Assembly: GCA_010093995.1 (NCBI GenBank)
Contig: ML992511.1
Span: forward strand, 628,745-692,744
Length of the DNA stretch: 64,000 nucleotides
Direction: 5' to 3'
Source: Elsinoe ampelina
Taxonomy: Eukaryota
Made by a program: the position numbers and the translations under genes. Below are positions 1 to 12,356 of the stretch, piece after piece. The notes beneath the pieces are model-generated. The model was not told the origin of the DNA, did not search any database, and worked only from the letters and a program-made list of their open reading frames with translations. The first letter of the stretch is position 1; every line of letters starts with the position of its first letter.

Positions 1-1524
1 CTCGTCACCAAGCTTGGACGTCAGAGTGTCCAGCGGAGCATTGAACAGTCTCGCTGCAAGCTCTACGCATGCAAGACCCATGGTGGACGACGTCTGCTTG
101 ATCGGCGCGAATGTGCGGTAAAGGTCCAGACATGCTTTGTACGCAGTTTTGCCCACAGTCTCGCGATCGAGCCCGCCAAGACGAGTGAACTTGATGACCC
201 ATTCTTGAGGATTGCGGTTTCTAAAATCAAACCCTGAAGATTCGAGCATCAGCCGCTCCAGTCCGACCAGTCGCTTCGAGGGCTCCTCGAAAATCTGCCA
301 ACGTCAGTGGTCTCCAAGAAGCGGGAAATGCATACATACTGCATCGTCCGGCGTCAGCTGCTCAGCTAGTGATACTTTGAGGTTGTAGGCCGCGCAAAGA
401 ATATCTCGAGACTTCTTCAGGGTGTCTTCGATCTTGCAAGCTGTGAAGAGAGCAGCCGCCGCAGCGTCCTGTTTGCATGTCAGGAATTGCCATCATTGAA
501 GAACACGGACAAAACCTACCACGTTCATATACTCGGACTCATTATGTGCGAGACGAAACCGATGGTAATACACTACGGCCGTCATATACGTCTTCACTGG
601 CCTGGCATTGAAGTCAGCTTTTGCGCCCGTCACATGTTTGCCTGTCCCGCAAGCAGATCTCCAAGATCTGATAACTTACAATTGCAACGCCTTCCTGACA
701 TTGTCTATCCAAGCAACGCCCTGCAACCTGATATTAATGTCGCGCGCCTCGCTACCACCATTTGCCTCGATGGATTTCTGAATCGATTGCTCAAACATGT
801 ACGGCTTAGCGACCTGGACGAATGACGGGTGCGGACCGATACCGCCGTATAAGCCATTTTCATGCGTCTCGACGGGCACGGCGGGAACCATGTCGTCTGT
901 CGGCGCTGGGCTCAGAGAGGCCCTGGGAGGTGAGGACGGAGCGAAGAGTGTTGGAGAGGTGCAGGTGGTTTGTCGAAGCGAGATTGAGTCTTGACCTCGG
1001 TTCAACTTGCCGTCCGCGTCTTTGTTGATGTTGCTCTTTGCCTCCTGCCTCACTTCACCGTTTGATGTTCTATTCCTGCTCGCCGAGTGCTTTGTGTCGT
1101 TGTGTGTCGTCGGTGTACGTGGAGAACGCCAGCTGATGTTCTCGTGGTGAAGTGGATGTTCTTGCTGGATCCCGAGTGGAATTGCGTTGACACTGGAGAT
1201 AGCATGGCCGCTGGGTGTGAGAAGCGGTGGCATGCTCTGTACATGCGCGCTTTTGTGCTGGATCGGCTGATGCACTTGTTGGTTCTGGTATGCCGCTGGA
1301 TTGTAGGCAGATTGCGCGTGTGGCGGCTGCCCGAATGGCGGTAGATGAGAGTTTGCTGGAGGCTGTGGACCCACGACTGGTGTGCTTTTAACAAACTGCA
1401 GCTGCTGTGCCATATAATGAGGAATTTGCTGATCGCTTTGTGGATGCTGCCATTTGCAAGCACTGCCATAGTTGCAGCGACCTCTAGCCCAGTATGGGCA
1501 GACGACGGGTGCTTGACCGACCAT
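1..1524 (-). CDS. Cyclin K/Ctk2-like CTD-kinase cyclin with N-terminal CCCH zinc finger (3' end runs off the window)
   Basis: Spliced reading (introns ~679-602, ~520-470, ~340-297) gives RLQGVAWIDNVRKALQLPVKTYMTAVVYYHRFRL...AAALFTACKIEDTLKKSRDILCAAYN...LERLMLESSGFDFR, a cyclin box of the Ctk2/cyclin K type. The N-terminus has CPYWARGRCNYGSACKWQH (C-x7-C-x5-C-x3-H). Confidence 0.85.
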
Positions 1525-1900
1525 GGCGGCACCCTGCGTCGAGAAGCCAGGTCACTGGAGTCTTCGATGCAGAGAAGTCGCAATATCAACGACACGAGAC
1601 CAGGTGGTAGATCGAGAACATGTTTTGTGAATGTGAAGATGCAAGGCAGGGACACATCTGCTTAATGGCAGGACTTTCTTCACGTCCCGTCCCACATTCA
1701 CATGCCGAACAGGACATGGCAGCAAGCTAAGCATGGACCAAACGCCGTTCATTAACCAGTCCGACAACTAGCATAGGTCGGCACAACGGGTACTCTACTC
1801 CAGTATCTACGCTGTGCATCTCCATCCAGGGTATCTATCCTTTCATCCGTCTTGAGAGCTCTGCTCGAGCGATACATGTGCTGTGCTGTATTGTTTTGAC

Positions 1901-4669
1901 TTAGGTGTAGATACTCTCCGTATAGGCATTGACCTGCAAGCCCTTCTCCGCCATCTCTGCGTCCTGTAAGAAGAGCAGTGGCATCCATACGAGATGGCCC
2001 TGGGCTATGTCAGCGGTTGTGGTGGAGAAGCACGATTGGCGAGCTTGCCTTGATTCTGTCCAACCCTCGTCGTACATCCTCTGCAGGAGTGAACTCATTG
2101 AACAAATGACCCGTCTTCCGGTCGCCTCTTGGCAAGAAGTTCTGGTAGTCCTCAAACGTCTTGATATGATCGTCAGGATCCGCGTGGAACAGCCATCTGA
2201 AGATGGTCGTGTTGGTCGTCGCCCGCTCCGTCCACATTTTCCACAAGTCGTCAGACAAGGGATCAGCGACGAATGCATCCCACTCATCTCCTTCGTGCCA
2301 TGAGTTCTTGATCCCAGGAGGCTGTGCATTGGGATCGTCCTTGCCGTCCAGTGTTTGAGCTGGCAGGAGCCCGAGATGCTCGCGCCATAGGAATCTTCGC
2401 AAGGTTGCAGCGTGGTGACCTGCCTCGTAATCCTGGCCGTCCATCTTGGAAGGCAGGATGTTTGTGTCCTGCATAACGATCGATAGCTCTGAATCGTGAT
2501 AGCCCAATTGCGACTAGAAGGCGGTTAGTGGTAATGTTTCGGATCGAATTTGCAGCACTTACTCTATCATTGATGTTGGAACTGCCACAGACAGCAATCT
2601 TGTCGTCAACAATCAGTAGCTTGGCGTGAATGTACAGCTCTTCTTGAACAAAGTTCTCCGTCTCTTGCTCCAAATCACCATCAGCCCATACCTCCTCACT
2701 CGGCTTTGGCTCACCAAGCATGGCGTCTTTGGCGATACTATCAGCGCTCCTCACCTGCTGATTCTCACCTTCTCCAGCCAAGCCGGCCTCTTGTGACTTC
2801 TCCTCGAAGCGTCGTCGCTTATCAGCCAGCTCCTTCTGCTCTTCAGGACTGGTCTTCTCCTTCTCGATATCGTCATCAGACTCAGTTGTGCCTTTTTGCA
2901 CGGCTTTCATGCCACCCTCCATGACTTCCTCGGCGTGAGCTCGGAGGACGTCGTCATACTTGACACCCGAAGCTTCCTCCTGCTTCTTGAGGGCTGGCGT
3001 CTTATTGAGGCGGTCGTAGGAGCGTAGGTTGAAGATGAAAACATATTGTGTTGGGTCGAATCCTTCCTTCTTAATCTGTCCAAAGATGGAGTGATCGCCG
3101 CGATTGATGGACTTGTATTGGTAGTCCATGATGGCTCGTGTACCCATGGCGGCATCTTCACGAAGGTCACCAGCGAATCCAGGGACAGCAGGGATGATGA
3201 GTATCACACGGAATTTGCGACCTTCCTTGGCTGCTCTGACGACGGCGTCGACGATGGCTCGGCCGATTTGATTGTGTATGGGTGATTGTTCCTCTCCGGT
3301 TGCAGTGACTAGGGCTGTCAGCTTGTGGATATGATACAACAGATCGGTCAATCTCACTGAAAAATTGGTTCTCAATGTATACGAAATGCTGAGCGTTCCG
3401 GATGATCTCGCAGTAAGCGTTTTGAATCGAATGCTCAGTCAGAATACCACTTGACCAATCTGCACTGCTTCGGACGAGCTGTGCGTGAACCGAGCCACGG
3501 TTATTATCAGCATCCGGGCGACCAGTCTTTCCGCTCAGGCTCTGGTAGGGATGTCGAATGTAGCCGCCCACAGGATGCTTGGGTCGCTGCACAGCGACAA
3601 GATCTTCATCATCGCCTTGACGCCCCTCCAGTTCCAGCCAGGGATACTTCTCCTCCCGCTTGTACTTGTCGCGCTTGCAGAAATTCCAGCGAAGGACAAA
3701 GTGCTCGGCAATGTCGTAGACACAAGGGCCGACGAGGCCCATGGCTACATCGTGCCATGGCATACGGCCGAAGTCCGCCTTGCTGACAGGATTGTTCTTC
3801 CAATCTTCGACGCTGTTGAAGTCGGCGATACGATTGTTGTTCCAATCTTGACCTGGCCAGACTTCGTTCTCAGCACCTGCTGGGTGAACGTCTGCGAGCG
3901 GGTGCTGTCTCGTATCCCAACGTCCGAAGCACTGGTCAAGGCCGCCAATGAAGGCCAAATCGTAGTCGATCACGATGAACTTCTCATGATGGGCCCAGTA
4001 GAAGGTCATGTCTCCTTGGTTCTCCAGCCAGTTGTGATCGGGATGGCGCATGACATGAATCTTGCCATAGCCAGGTGACCCTTCAGGACACAAGGCTTGC
4101 AGTGCTCGCTTCGTGTGGGCCGAATTGCAAGTAAGTGCCTGTGTCACTTCCTTGTACACCACGATAAAGATCTCGACTCCTCGCTCCGCTGCACGCTTCA
4201 GAATGCGGTCCAGCCTCCATTCGTGGTTGTAGTGCGGAGGTCTGCGAAGGAAGAGCTCGGGGGAGAGCCACCAGTCTTCAATGTATACGACCTCCTTGGC
4301 CTGTTCCAAAGCTACGCTGACAGCATGGAAGTAGTCGCGGCCGTCAACATACCACTTGATGTCGTTGCCATCTCGCTCTGGCGCGAAGCTCTCGAAGCGA
4401 TGGTCGGCCCCAATCTTTCTTCGCTTCTCGTCTGTCTCCTTCTCGTGCTCCTCATCGTGACGATGATTCGAATTGAAGAGATTCTGGAATTTGCCAACCT
4501 TGTGCTTCAGATGTGTCGCCTCTACCTTGACATCGTACAAATGCGTCTCCTTCAGCTTTTGGCGGAGGCCAGAAAAAGGATGCTTGACCTTGTCTATGCC
4601 ATGATGCTCCTCATTCTTCTTTGCTTGATCTTCTGGGGTTCGGTGATCGGTTGTACCTAGGGAAACCAT
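1901..4669 (-). CDS. Phospholipase D (two HKD motifs, no PX/PH domain apparent)
   Basis: HHEKFIVID and YIHAKLLIVDD...GSSNINDRS motifs, plus RMPWHD, YIEDWWLSPE and YIENQFF. ORFs 3167-4669, 2284-3375, 2010-2507 and the tail of 1901-2329 are joined by short GT-AG introns. Confidence 0.93.
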
Positions 4670-5660
4670 GGCTTCGCTTCTGTTGCCCGCGGAGCTCTAG
4701 GTAGGATAAGAGGATACTGGAGGTTGTCCGAGGTAGTTGGGGAGAGGGAGGAGAGGTGTACGGCGCAAAGGATCAAGGTAGATTACGTGCTTCCAACTTT
4801 TGCGAGATCACGCCGTTCGATTGACACACACGCGACCTAACTTTGCAATTCCGTCCCGTCTCATGTTGAGAAATCAAGGCAGAGCCGTGGTTGGAGGAAG
4901 CGAGCTGTTCCTGAACGAGCTCGTCCCAAAAACGGTAAATTCAGCTTCCCCCCACTTGCGAACGAAACGTGGAGAGCGGAACAAGCTCCGTGCGCACCAC
5001 CTGCTGGCCTGGATCAGCCACATTTCCGGCCAATTGTCCACGAGCCACAGCAGCCACGTGACCAAGTGTCTGTGCAGCAAGACCTGTGGACTCCGGGCAA
5101 GCATTCACAGTGGATGAATATACATGCTGACGCAGGCTGTTGCAACAAGTTGCATTACAAACCTCTCTCACTGTCTCCCCTCCATGAAATAGCAATACTC
5201 TATACGAAATATCCGCCCATTATATCCATGCTATGCTATGCTATGCAATGCTGTGCATTGATCCTTCGCTGATCCAGAATGCGTCCTCCTCATTCCAACC
5301 GCAACTCCTTGGTCTCGGTGCTAAGTATATACATGAAAAGGAAGAATGTCTAGTGTTTATGTCGACGCGGTGACGTGCGTCCGGAGGGTCTAAGATTACC
5401 GTGTGTGTCGGGTTGGGGGCTGTACACGATGTCTGGTAGGTGGAGGATCGGGGTTGTCTGTCCGAACAGGGACAGTATTTGATGGCCTTGACTTGATTTG
5501 CGAGCGGTGAAGGTGGTGTATGTGACGGGGTAATCGGGCGGCTCATCCTGCGCCGGTCCCAATGGTGTTCATCCAAAAGTGTGGGATGTGGTGTCATTAG
5601 GAATATTCGTGGCTGCGTTTGTAGAGTAGGTTTGGAACTATTGGCGAATCGCAAGCACAC

Positions 5661-8145
5661 TCATGCGTCGCAGCCGTGCATGAGGGTATTCTTCGGCCAT
5701 GTGTAGCCAGGAATCTGAGTCCATTCCTATTGAACATCAGCCGTTATCAAGGGGAAGCAGCTCTAACAGAAGACTTACCGTGTAGTTGGGGTTGTTGTAC
5801 GCCTCTGGGTGCTCAGCGATATACTTGGTAGTAGGGTATCCTGGCGGGTCGCAAGTCACCGACTCCTTACCATCGCGTTGGTAGATCCGGACATAATCGA
5901 TCCTCATGACCGACGGGAATTTCAGGTTCGGGAAGTCGATGTTAGTCCACGAAGGACTGATGCCCAGATTGATGATCAAGCTCATGGGCTCCTGCGCGAT
6001 GGGACGAGCTTTGACATTGCCGTTGGGACCAAGAGCACGACCGTCAAATTTGCCTTGAATGTCATCACCGACAAGGAAAGCAACGTGGGCATTCTCGTCT
6101 GTGCCTGGCTCGTAATCGTATGAGTATCTTTGATACGCATTGCCATCGAACCAATCGTTATTCAACATGGTCGTGACGGAAACGGCTTGTTGGAATGGAC
6201 CTCCAGTGTACGAGTTGACGAAGGAGTTCTCATAGCGCGGAGTCTCGAAGAACTGGTAGTCTGGAAGAATGAGCCGCTGTCCAGTCGTTATATGCGGTCT
6301 CACTTACCAGGATAATACCAAATGTCGAAAGGTGCAACCTGCAGTGATTGTGTCGCCGTACTCCAGCCTTTGTACTTGACACAATTAGCAAGAGAAGCTC
6401 AGAGTGCTTATTGGCTAACTTACGCCGTAATCAGCAGCACCTTCCAACACGTCAATCTCCACGGCTCCACGACCGGTACCAGGTGAAGGATGATCCTCGC
6501 CCTTGCAGACACATGAAGGTAATCTTTGGCCAGGCAACTTGCTTGTCCCGTCAGTCATTGACTGATTCGGCGTGATTCCAGAATCGCAGTCGTCGTAAGT
6601 GTAAGGCCACGTGCCATATGTGGTAGCCAAATAGCCCGGACGACCGAGGTTACCCATGGACCACACACCAGGCCATAGACCGTGAACGCCAGCAGGTCCA
6701 GGCAGAGACACCGAGACCTCGAGGATACCACCCTTGAAACACATCTGATTCCAAGAATTCAGCATACCTGACCTGTAATCCAGATTGTGGTTTCTGAATT
6801 TGTCGAGACGGAGTTCCAGGGCGCCATCCCAGGTGGTGATAGCATCTGGATCGTACCATTCCAAATCCATGGTCGCTCCGTACCAGAAATCCCCGCCAAA
6901 GAAGTATGGGTCGTCCCCACGGTAGAAGGTTCTGTTTGGGGTATTGAACTCGTCGGAGAAGACCAATTTGAGAGTCTCGCCATCCACACTCGAAACCTTT
7001 GTCTTTGCTGAGTCGGGCGTGTCTGGATCAACAAGCGTCGAGCGCATGTTGGACATGAGAGGATACTTCCTGTCGTTGACCGTGGCCCATGGCTCGGGCT
7101 TAGCGTACCTAGAGAACTGGTCGAGAGGTGTGTCGTAGGCGTAGTCGATCATGCTGAGACCGGTACTGCTCAGTACTGGTAGGACAATGAAGAGCATGAT
7201 GAGTCCGACAGCCATGAAGACCATTCCTATGGTCGATAAGATGTTGTCGCGCGAGAGTCTGTCCTTCCACCGTGGCTTCAGCCGGATGTCGTCGTCCACC
7301 ATGGGCATGTGCATGTCGTCATCATCCTCTTTTTCATCCCACATCATGGGAAAAGTGTATCCTGCCTGATCCGCGCCAGGCGCACCCAATCGATCGTCGA
7401 GGTAAGGGAAGAAAGACTTTTCGTTGTTCATATACGCGCCAGCTGTCGGTACACCGGCCATGAGCACACCCGCTGCTGCAGCCGCCTTGACATCTTTGTT
7501 GTCGTCCGTGTTGTCGCTGGATGCTCGCTTACCATCGTCGAAGGGATTCGAATGTCGCTTCTCTTGAGCACCGAGGAGAGGAACGCTAAGGTTGACTTGT
7601 GAACCGTTCATAGGCGAGCCAACCAGATCAGTAGAAGAGTTGTTCTTGCTGGAGAATGGGTTATAGTAGCGACTGTAGTCTGTACCGAGATCGTTCACCG
7701 ATCGTGGGGTACCTGCTCTTGCCAAACTCGACCATGAACCTCTCGAGGATAGATTCTCCCTGGCAGCTGGTATCCGTGGAGGTGCGGGTAGACCTGAAGA
7801 TCCAGCCAGAGCGGCCGCCCTCGCTGCACTTCCAACAGGCCTTGTCGCATCCTTTGACGTTCGGGCTGAGGGAGCAGTGTCGCCAGAAGACGTGGGTTGT
7901 AAGGGCTCAGTGGTTGGTGATACAACAGGTAAGACTGCATCCGACGTCGATTCTCCAGAAGATTCCGAGACTGGACGCTGTAGCTGTAGTCTTTTACTTC
8001 GACTCGATCCAGCGACAGAAGAGTTTAGAGATGCAGAAGACGCTTGTGCATGCAAGCCAGTTGGCGAACGGCCAGCCTGCTCGACATCGCCAACGGACGA
8101 TTTGGAGCTCGACTGCCGTAAAGGCGCTGGCGGGTTAGGCGCCAT
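5661..8145 (-). CDS. KRE6: KRE6/SKN1-family beta-1,6-glucan synthesis protein (GH16), type II membrane protein
   Basis: EKEDDDDMH motif, a single TM helix, LVFSDEF, LEWYDPDAITT, SGMLNSWNQMCF, GLWPGVWSMGNLGR, GRGAVEIDVLE catalytic motif, MRIDYVRIYQ. The last exon ends WPKNTLMHGCDA-stop at 5661. Confidence 0.92.
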
Positions 8146-9759
8146 TTCCGGAAGTTCTTCTCGAGTGTAGCACTGAGAGGGTCGACCTCAGACTCAGCAT
8201 CAAAGATCCATCAAACAACGAGTGCAGCGAATACGATAACAGAGAAAACCGTTGTCCAGCCCGTTGAGAGGTGACCAGTCCAAGTGCAATTGGTGAAACG
8301 ATTGTGGAGGAAATGAAGACGGGCGATGGTACAAAGATCGGGCGGACAGGGATGTGTGTGGTCGTGCAAAAGTTTGAGTGGACGACTTCGTCTTTGCCCT
8401 GATGTGGGCTGGGTTTCTTGTGATGATTCCAAGAGAAGCAGTACAGCTTGGCCCAAGGCGGGAAGGAGCGGGTTTTGACAGCTGTTGGAACGCCGGCCGG
8501 TTAACTTTTAGAGACCTCGACTCTGTGAGGAGACTTGTGGTCTCCAGAAGAAGCGACTCTGCCTGCCGACAAGCCCGTCCCACTGTACCTGTCTCTTAGC
8601 GCCATCCGATTCATCTCGATTGACTGAGCCCAAGGCATGGGCAAGATAGAACGCCCTCACAAAAACCAAAACAGTGAAGTGCGCTGCAGCCAATCAGCCG
8701 CGACGACTCGTATCGAGAGTTGCGCCATGGCTCTTGAGGAACCGGGTGCGGCGTCGATCAAGAACCCAAGGCCTTCTCAACAACGTGCAGGTGCCCCAAG
8801 CGGGCAAGGTTTCAGTCTTTCTCGTACCGACTCGGTCTCTGCTGCCGGTGGGTGACCTACAGTACCTCATTTTGCGTGGCCTCTCATTGCTTCCAAATTT
8901 CCTTTCGTTCCCCGTAGCTCGTCCAGCAGTTCACGCGCACGATCGGACCCCCGCCTGTCGAATCTGGAGCCTCCAAGGCTCGTTCCCTGTCGCGGGTGGG
9001 TCGGCGGGTCACCGTGGGAGAAGAGATGCAGGCACATGAGATCATCCCTCGCCGGCCGAAAACAAGCTTTGTCCGTCGGTGAGAGTTTGTGCCAGGGCCA
9101 ATGGCCCCAGCACGACTCGAGCAAATGAGTTCGTGCAGGTGGAGTCTGCATGATGAGATGCAAAGCAACGACAAGGACACCTTGTTGCATGAAAAGACAC
9201 GAAGCATCTCGCAAGGGCTACAGGTCCGCTTCTAACTTATACCACTTGTCGTCGCCTCAGGCCCGCCGTCTTACATGAGAGAAGCTGACATCCAAAGCGA
9301 AAACATCGTCGCAGCCTCGCAGATCAAACCCCGACTGTCACCCTACTGTCACTATTTGCAGGCGTCGTCCGAGCACAGACAAATCGCAGCGGCCCTGCCC
9401 TGCCATCTGCCAAACTCACTCGTCGCTTGGCCCCGACGCCCTTTTGTGGTTTTATTGCGCATTATATAGCCCGCTTGGCAAGCCTAATAATATCAGCCAC
9501 CCTATTGCCGACCCGCGGGGGCTCGATTTGTGCCTGCCGGCGCGATGTCGAGAATCCTTGATAATCTGATGCGCCGCGCGGCGTGCCGCTCATCATTGGT
9601 CGTGTCATGATCTTGGTCACGAGATGTAACGACGTCAAAGGCGTAGATAAAGAAGCGTTCATGTTCCTTGGATTGAGACTACGGTGATATAGTGCTTGCT
9701 CTCAGCTATCCTATACTACGCCGGCGCTATGATGATGCGATACAACAAGTGCGACATGG

Positions 9760-11875
9760 TCAGTCTTTCCATGCGCTGCGCTCCTCGTGGAAGCTGCCGT
9801 AGTCGTGGCTGCGCGTGTCTGACTCCGCGAACCTTCTGTGATCCCACGGCTGGTGGTGGCCCATCTCATCTTGGGAATTGTCTGAACGACCGTCCTCATC
9901 GTCGCCGACTGCAAATGGTGAGTCCAGGTCGTGCCCCCTATGGTGACTCTGCGCAGCCGGTCGATCAGGGTTGAAACCTTCCCGGACGTTCTCTTGGTCC
10001 TCATCGGTGTATGTCTGTACAAAGTGCTTGCGATCAACGTTGTTCCAGCCAGGCCCGCCTTCTTTGCGGGCTCGGACTCTCTCCACCTCCTCCGCCTGTT
10101 CATCCTCCACTACCAGATCTACGAGCTGGGATTCGCCCGATTTTGACGAAGTACCAGACTCAGACTTCTTCACTTGCGGTCGTTTCGAGTTTGATGCTGA
10201 GCTCGCTTCGGTTGACTGCTGACTACTACTCTTTCGGCGATGTTTACCTTGAGCAGTATTCTCTTTCAAGTCTTGAACACGTGACTTCCGACGTTGCCTG
10301 CTTGCCTTGGAATTGGGTTGCAGAATTTGCCGATTTGTCGTACCTGTGAGGATGTTGGGTTCTGCTCCGAGTCGATCTTCTTTCGACGCGTAATGGGTAT
10401 TAATGACGGGATAGTTCCAGTCGCCGAATTCCAATTTGCGAGCGCTCCGGTACAAAGACTCCTCTTCTGCATCCAACGAGGGATCTTCACTCTCTTCAGA
10501 CGAGTTGTCATGAGACGCATCATGAACATGATCGAGGGCCTTGTTCGCTCCAGGACTCATGGTTCGCGCTCTGCTGTGAGCGATCTTTGGCAGAAGTGGA
10601 GTCTTAGCGTTGGCTTGATTGGTGTCTGGTAGCCAGTACTTTCCACGACCACCTCGCTCGTACCTCATTCCTTCACGCATCCTCGCTTCTCTCGATCGCG
10701 AGTCCTCGTGGGTGATGACGTTGTCTTCTGCATCAAAATATCGGTACTCGTACTTGGTGCCGTAGAACGTCTCCTTTGCATCTTCAATCAAATCGCGTGG
10801 ACCAAAAGCATCCCTCAGAGCATACTTGACCGGCATGCGCGCATCGGAGATTGTCTTGTCTGCATAGTCGTGCCATGAGAAAGCGTACCAGTGCCAGAAT
10901 GCAAAAATGGGCATTTCAAAGCAGATCAATGCGTCCTGTATCGCTGCTGCAAGATTGTCTGCCGTATACTCCTTGCTGATGTCAGGGATGGCTCCGAGCC
11001 ATACGAGAATGGAGAGGAAGAAACCCTGCCAGTACGACGCAAAGATGATGCCCTTGATGCAGAGAAACTTTGGCATGGGTCGGAATGGTTGGAGATCTTG
11101 AGACATGCACACCCAGAATAACGCCAAAGCGTAGAGACTGATTGTGATACTGATGTTGTAGATCACTCCGCTCCAGAGATAGCCTGATGTAATGCCAATA
11201 TATCCCTCCTGATATGTTCCCGTGGCCTTCATGGCAATGGTGGAGATGGCCAGCAATGGCTTGATCCACGTATATTGCAGAATCCCCCTCTTGACCGCTA
11301 AAAATGTGTGCGGGTCCGAAATGTCAACTTTTGCCAGACAATGGTTCATCGGCCATATATGGGAGACCGGCGCACGACCATGCATCATGATTATGAGTGA
11401 CCGCTCACCTCCTAGGAAGTTGATGAGAAGCTGGAAGAAGGCATAGAGCACAAACGCCTCATACACATCACGGAATGGATCGATCCAGAAGGCGACCTTG
11501 AGAGAGTACAAGCTCGCCCAAGAAGCCAGGGCGAAGATGGGGACCCTGAGCGCGTTAGCCTATGTTCACATGCTTGATGCGGCCGATTCTTACAAGAGAA
11601 GGATTCTGACAACATATCGCTGGAGAAGTGGTTTCCGATAGTTCTTACTGCGCCCTGTGAGCCTGCTATGCCACTAAACTATCGAGGTCAAGCTCTACCT
11701 TTGTAGCCATACTGAGCTATAGATGTCAGGACTCGGTGCTCGCGCTGAATGCTTTTGATACGTCTTACATGAAAGTGACTACACATGCAATGAGCGCTGC
11801 CACTCCAGCCAGGGTTATGACGATGGTTCCAAATCTCGAACCCGTTCCTCCAGTCTCTTCCTGTGTGCCAACCAT
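9760..11875 (-). CDS. TMEM184/organic solute transporter OST-alpha family membrane protein
   Basis: Multi-TM ORF 9760-11511 (RDVYEAFVLYAFFQLL, PKFLCIKGIIFASYWQG, IQDALICFEM) plus small upstream exons starting MVGTQEETGGTGSR at 11875 and including KNYRKPLLQRYVVRILL. Confidence 0.88.
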
Positions 11876-12356
11876 CCTGTCGCGACAGGCCTCCTGCGAT
11901 GTATTTCCAAGGGATCGGCGCTGATAGCGGTGCAGAGCACTGCAGCTATGTCCTAGGCTGTGCAAGTCATGTCGAGGGAAGTGTCGAGCTTTGCGAAGCT
12001 TCAAAGACCAGAGGCGACGGCAAGTGTCAACAATGTCGCAGCCTGAGGTCAGAGCCGCATCTCCAAACCCTGTGGATCATTTGCTGCACACTGTGACGTA
12101 CGGATCACCGCACCCTGCTTCCCCGCGCTCTGACCACACCTTATTGCGGAGCCATCCTTACCTCCGCTCTTGGTATTGACGATGTCAAAGTGGAAGACCT
12201 GCTCGACGCGCTCACTCGCATCTCACCACAGACTCTTCTACTCAGACACTGGACCGGGTCGGATACTCTGGATCTCAGGCGCGCTCTTCGCGAGATCGGC
12301 CATCATCACTATCAATGTCAACATGATCTTCGACCACATTTCTACCCACCCCAAAC

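Noticed and set aside
5228..5257. (ATGCT)n short repeat
   Set aside because: Ordinary microsatellite in the KRE6 3' region.
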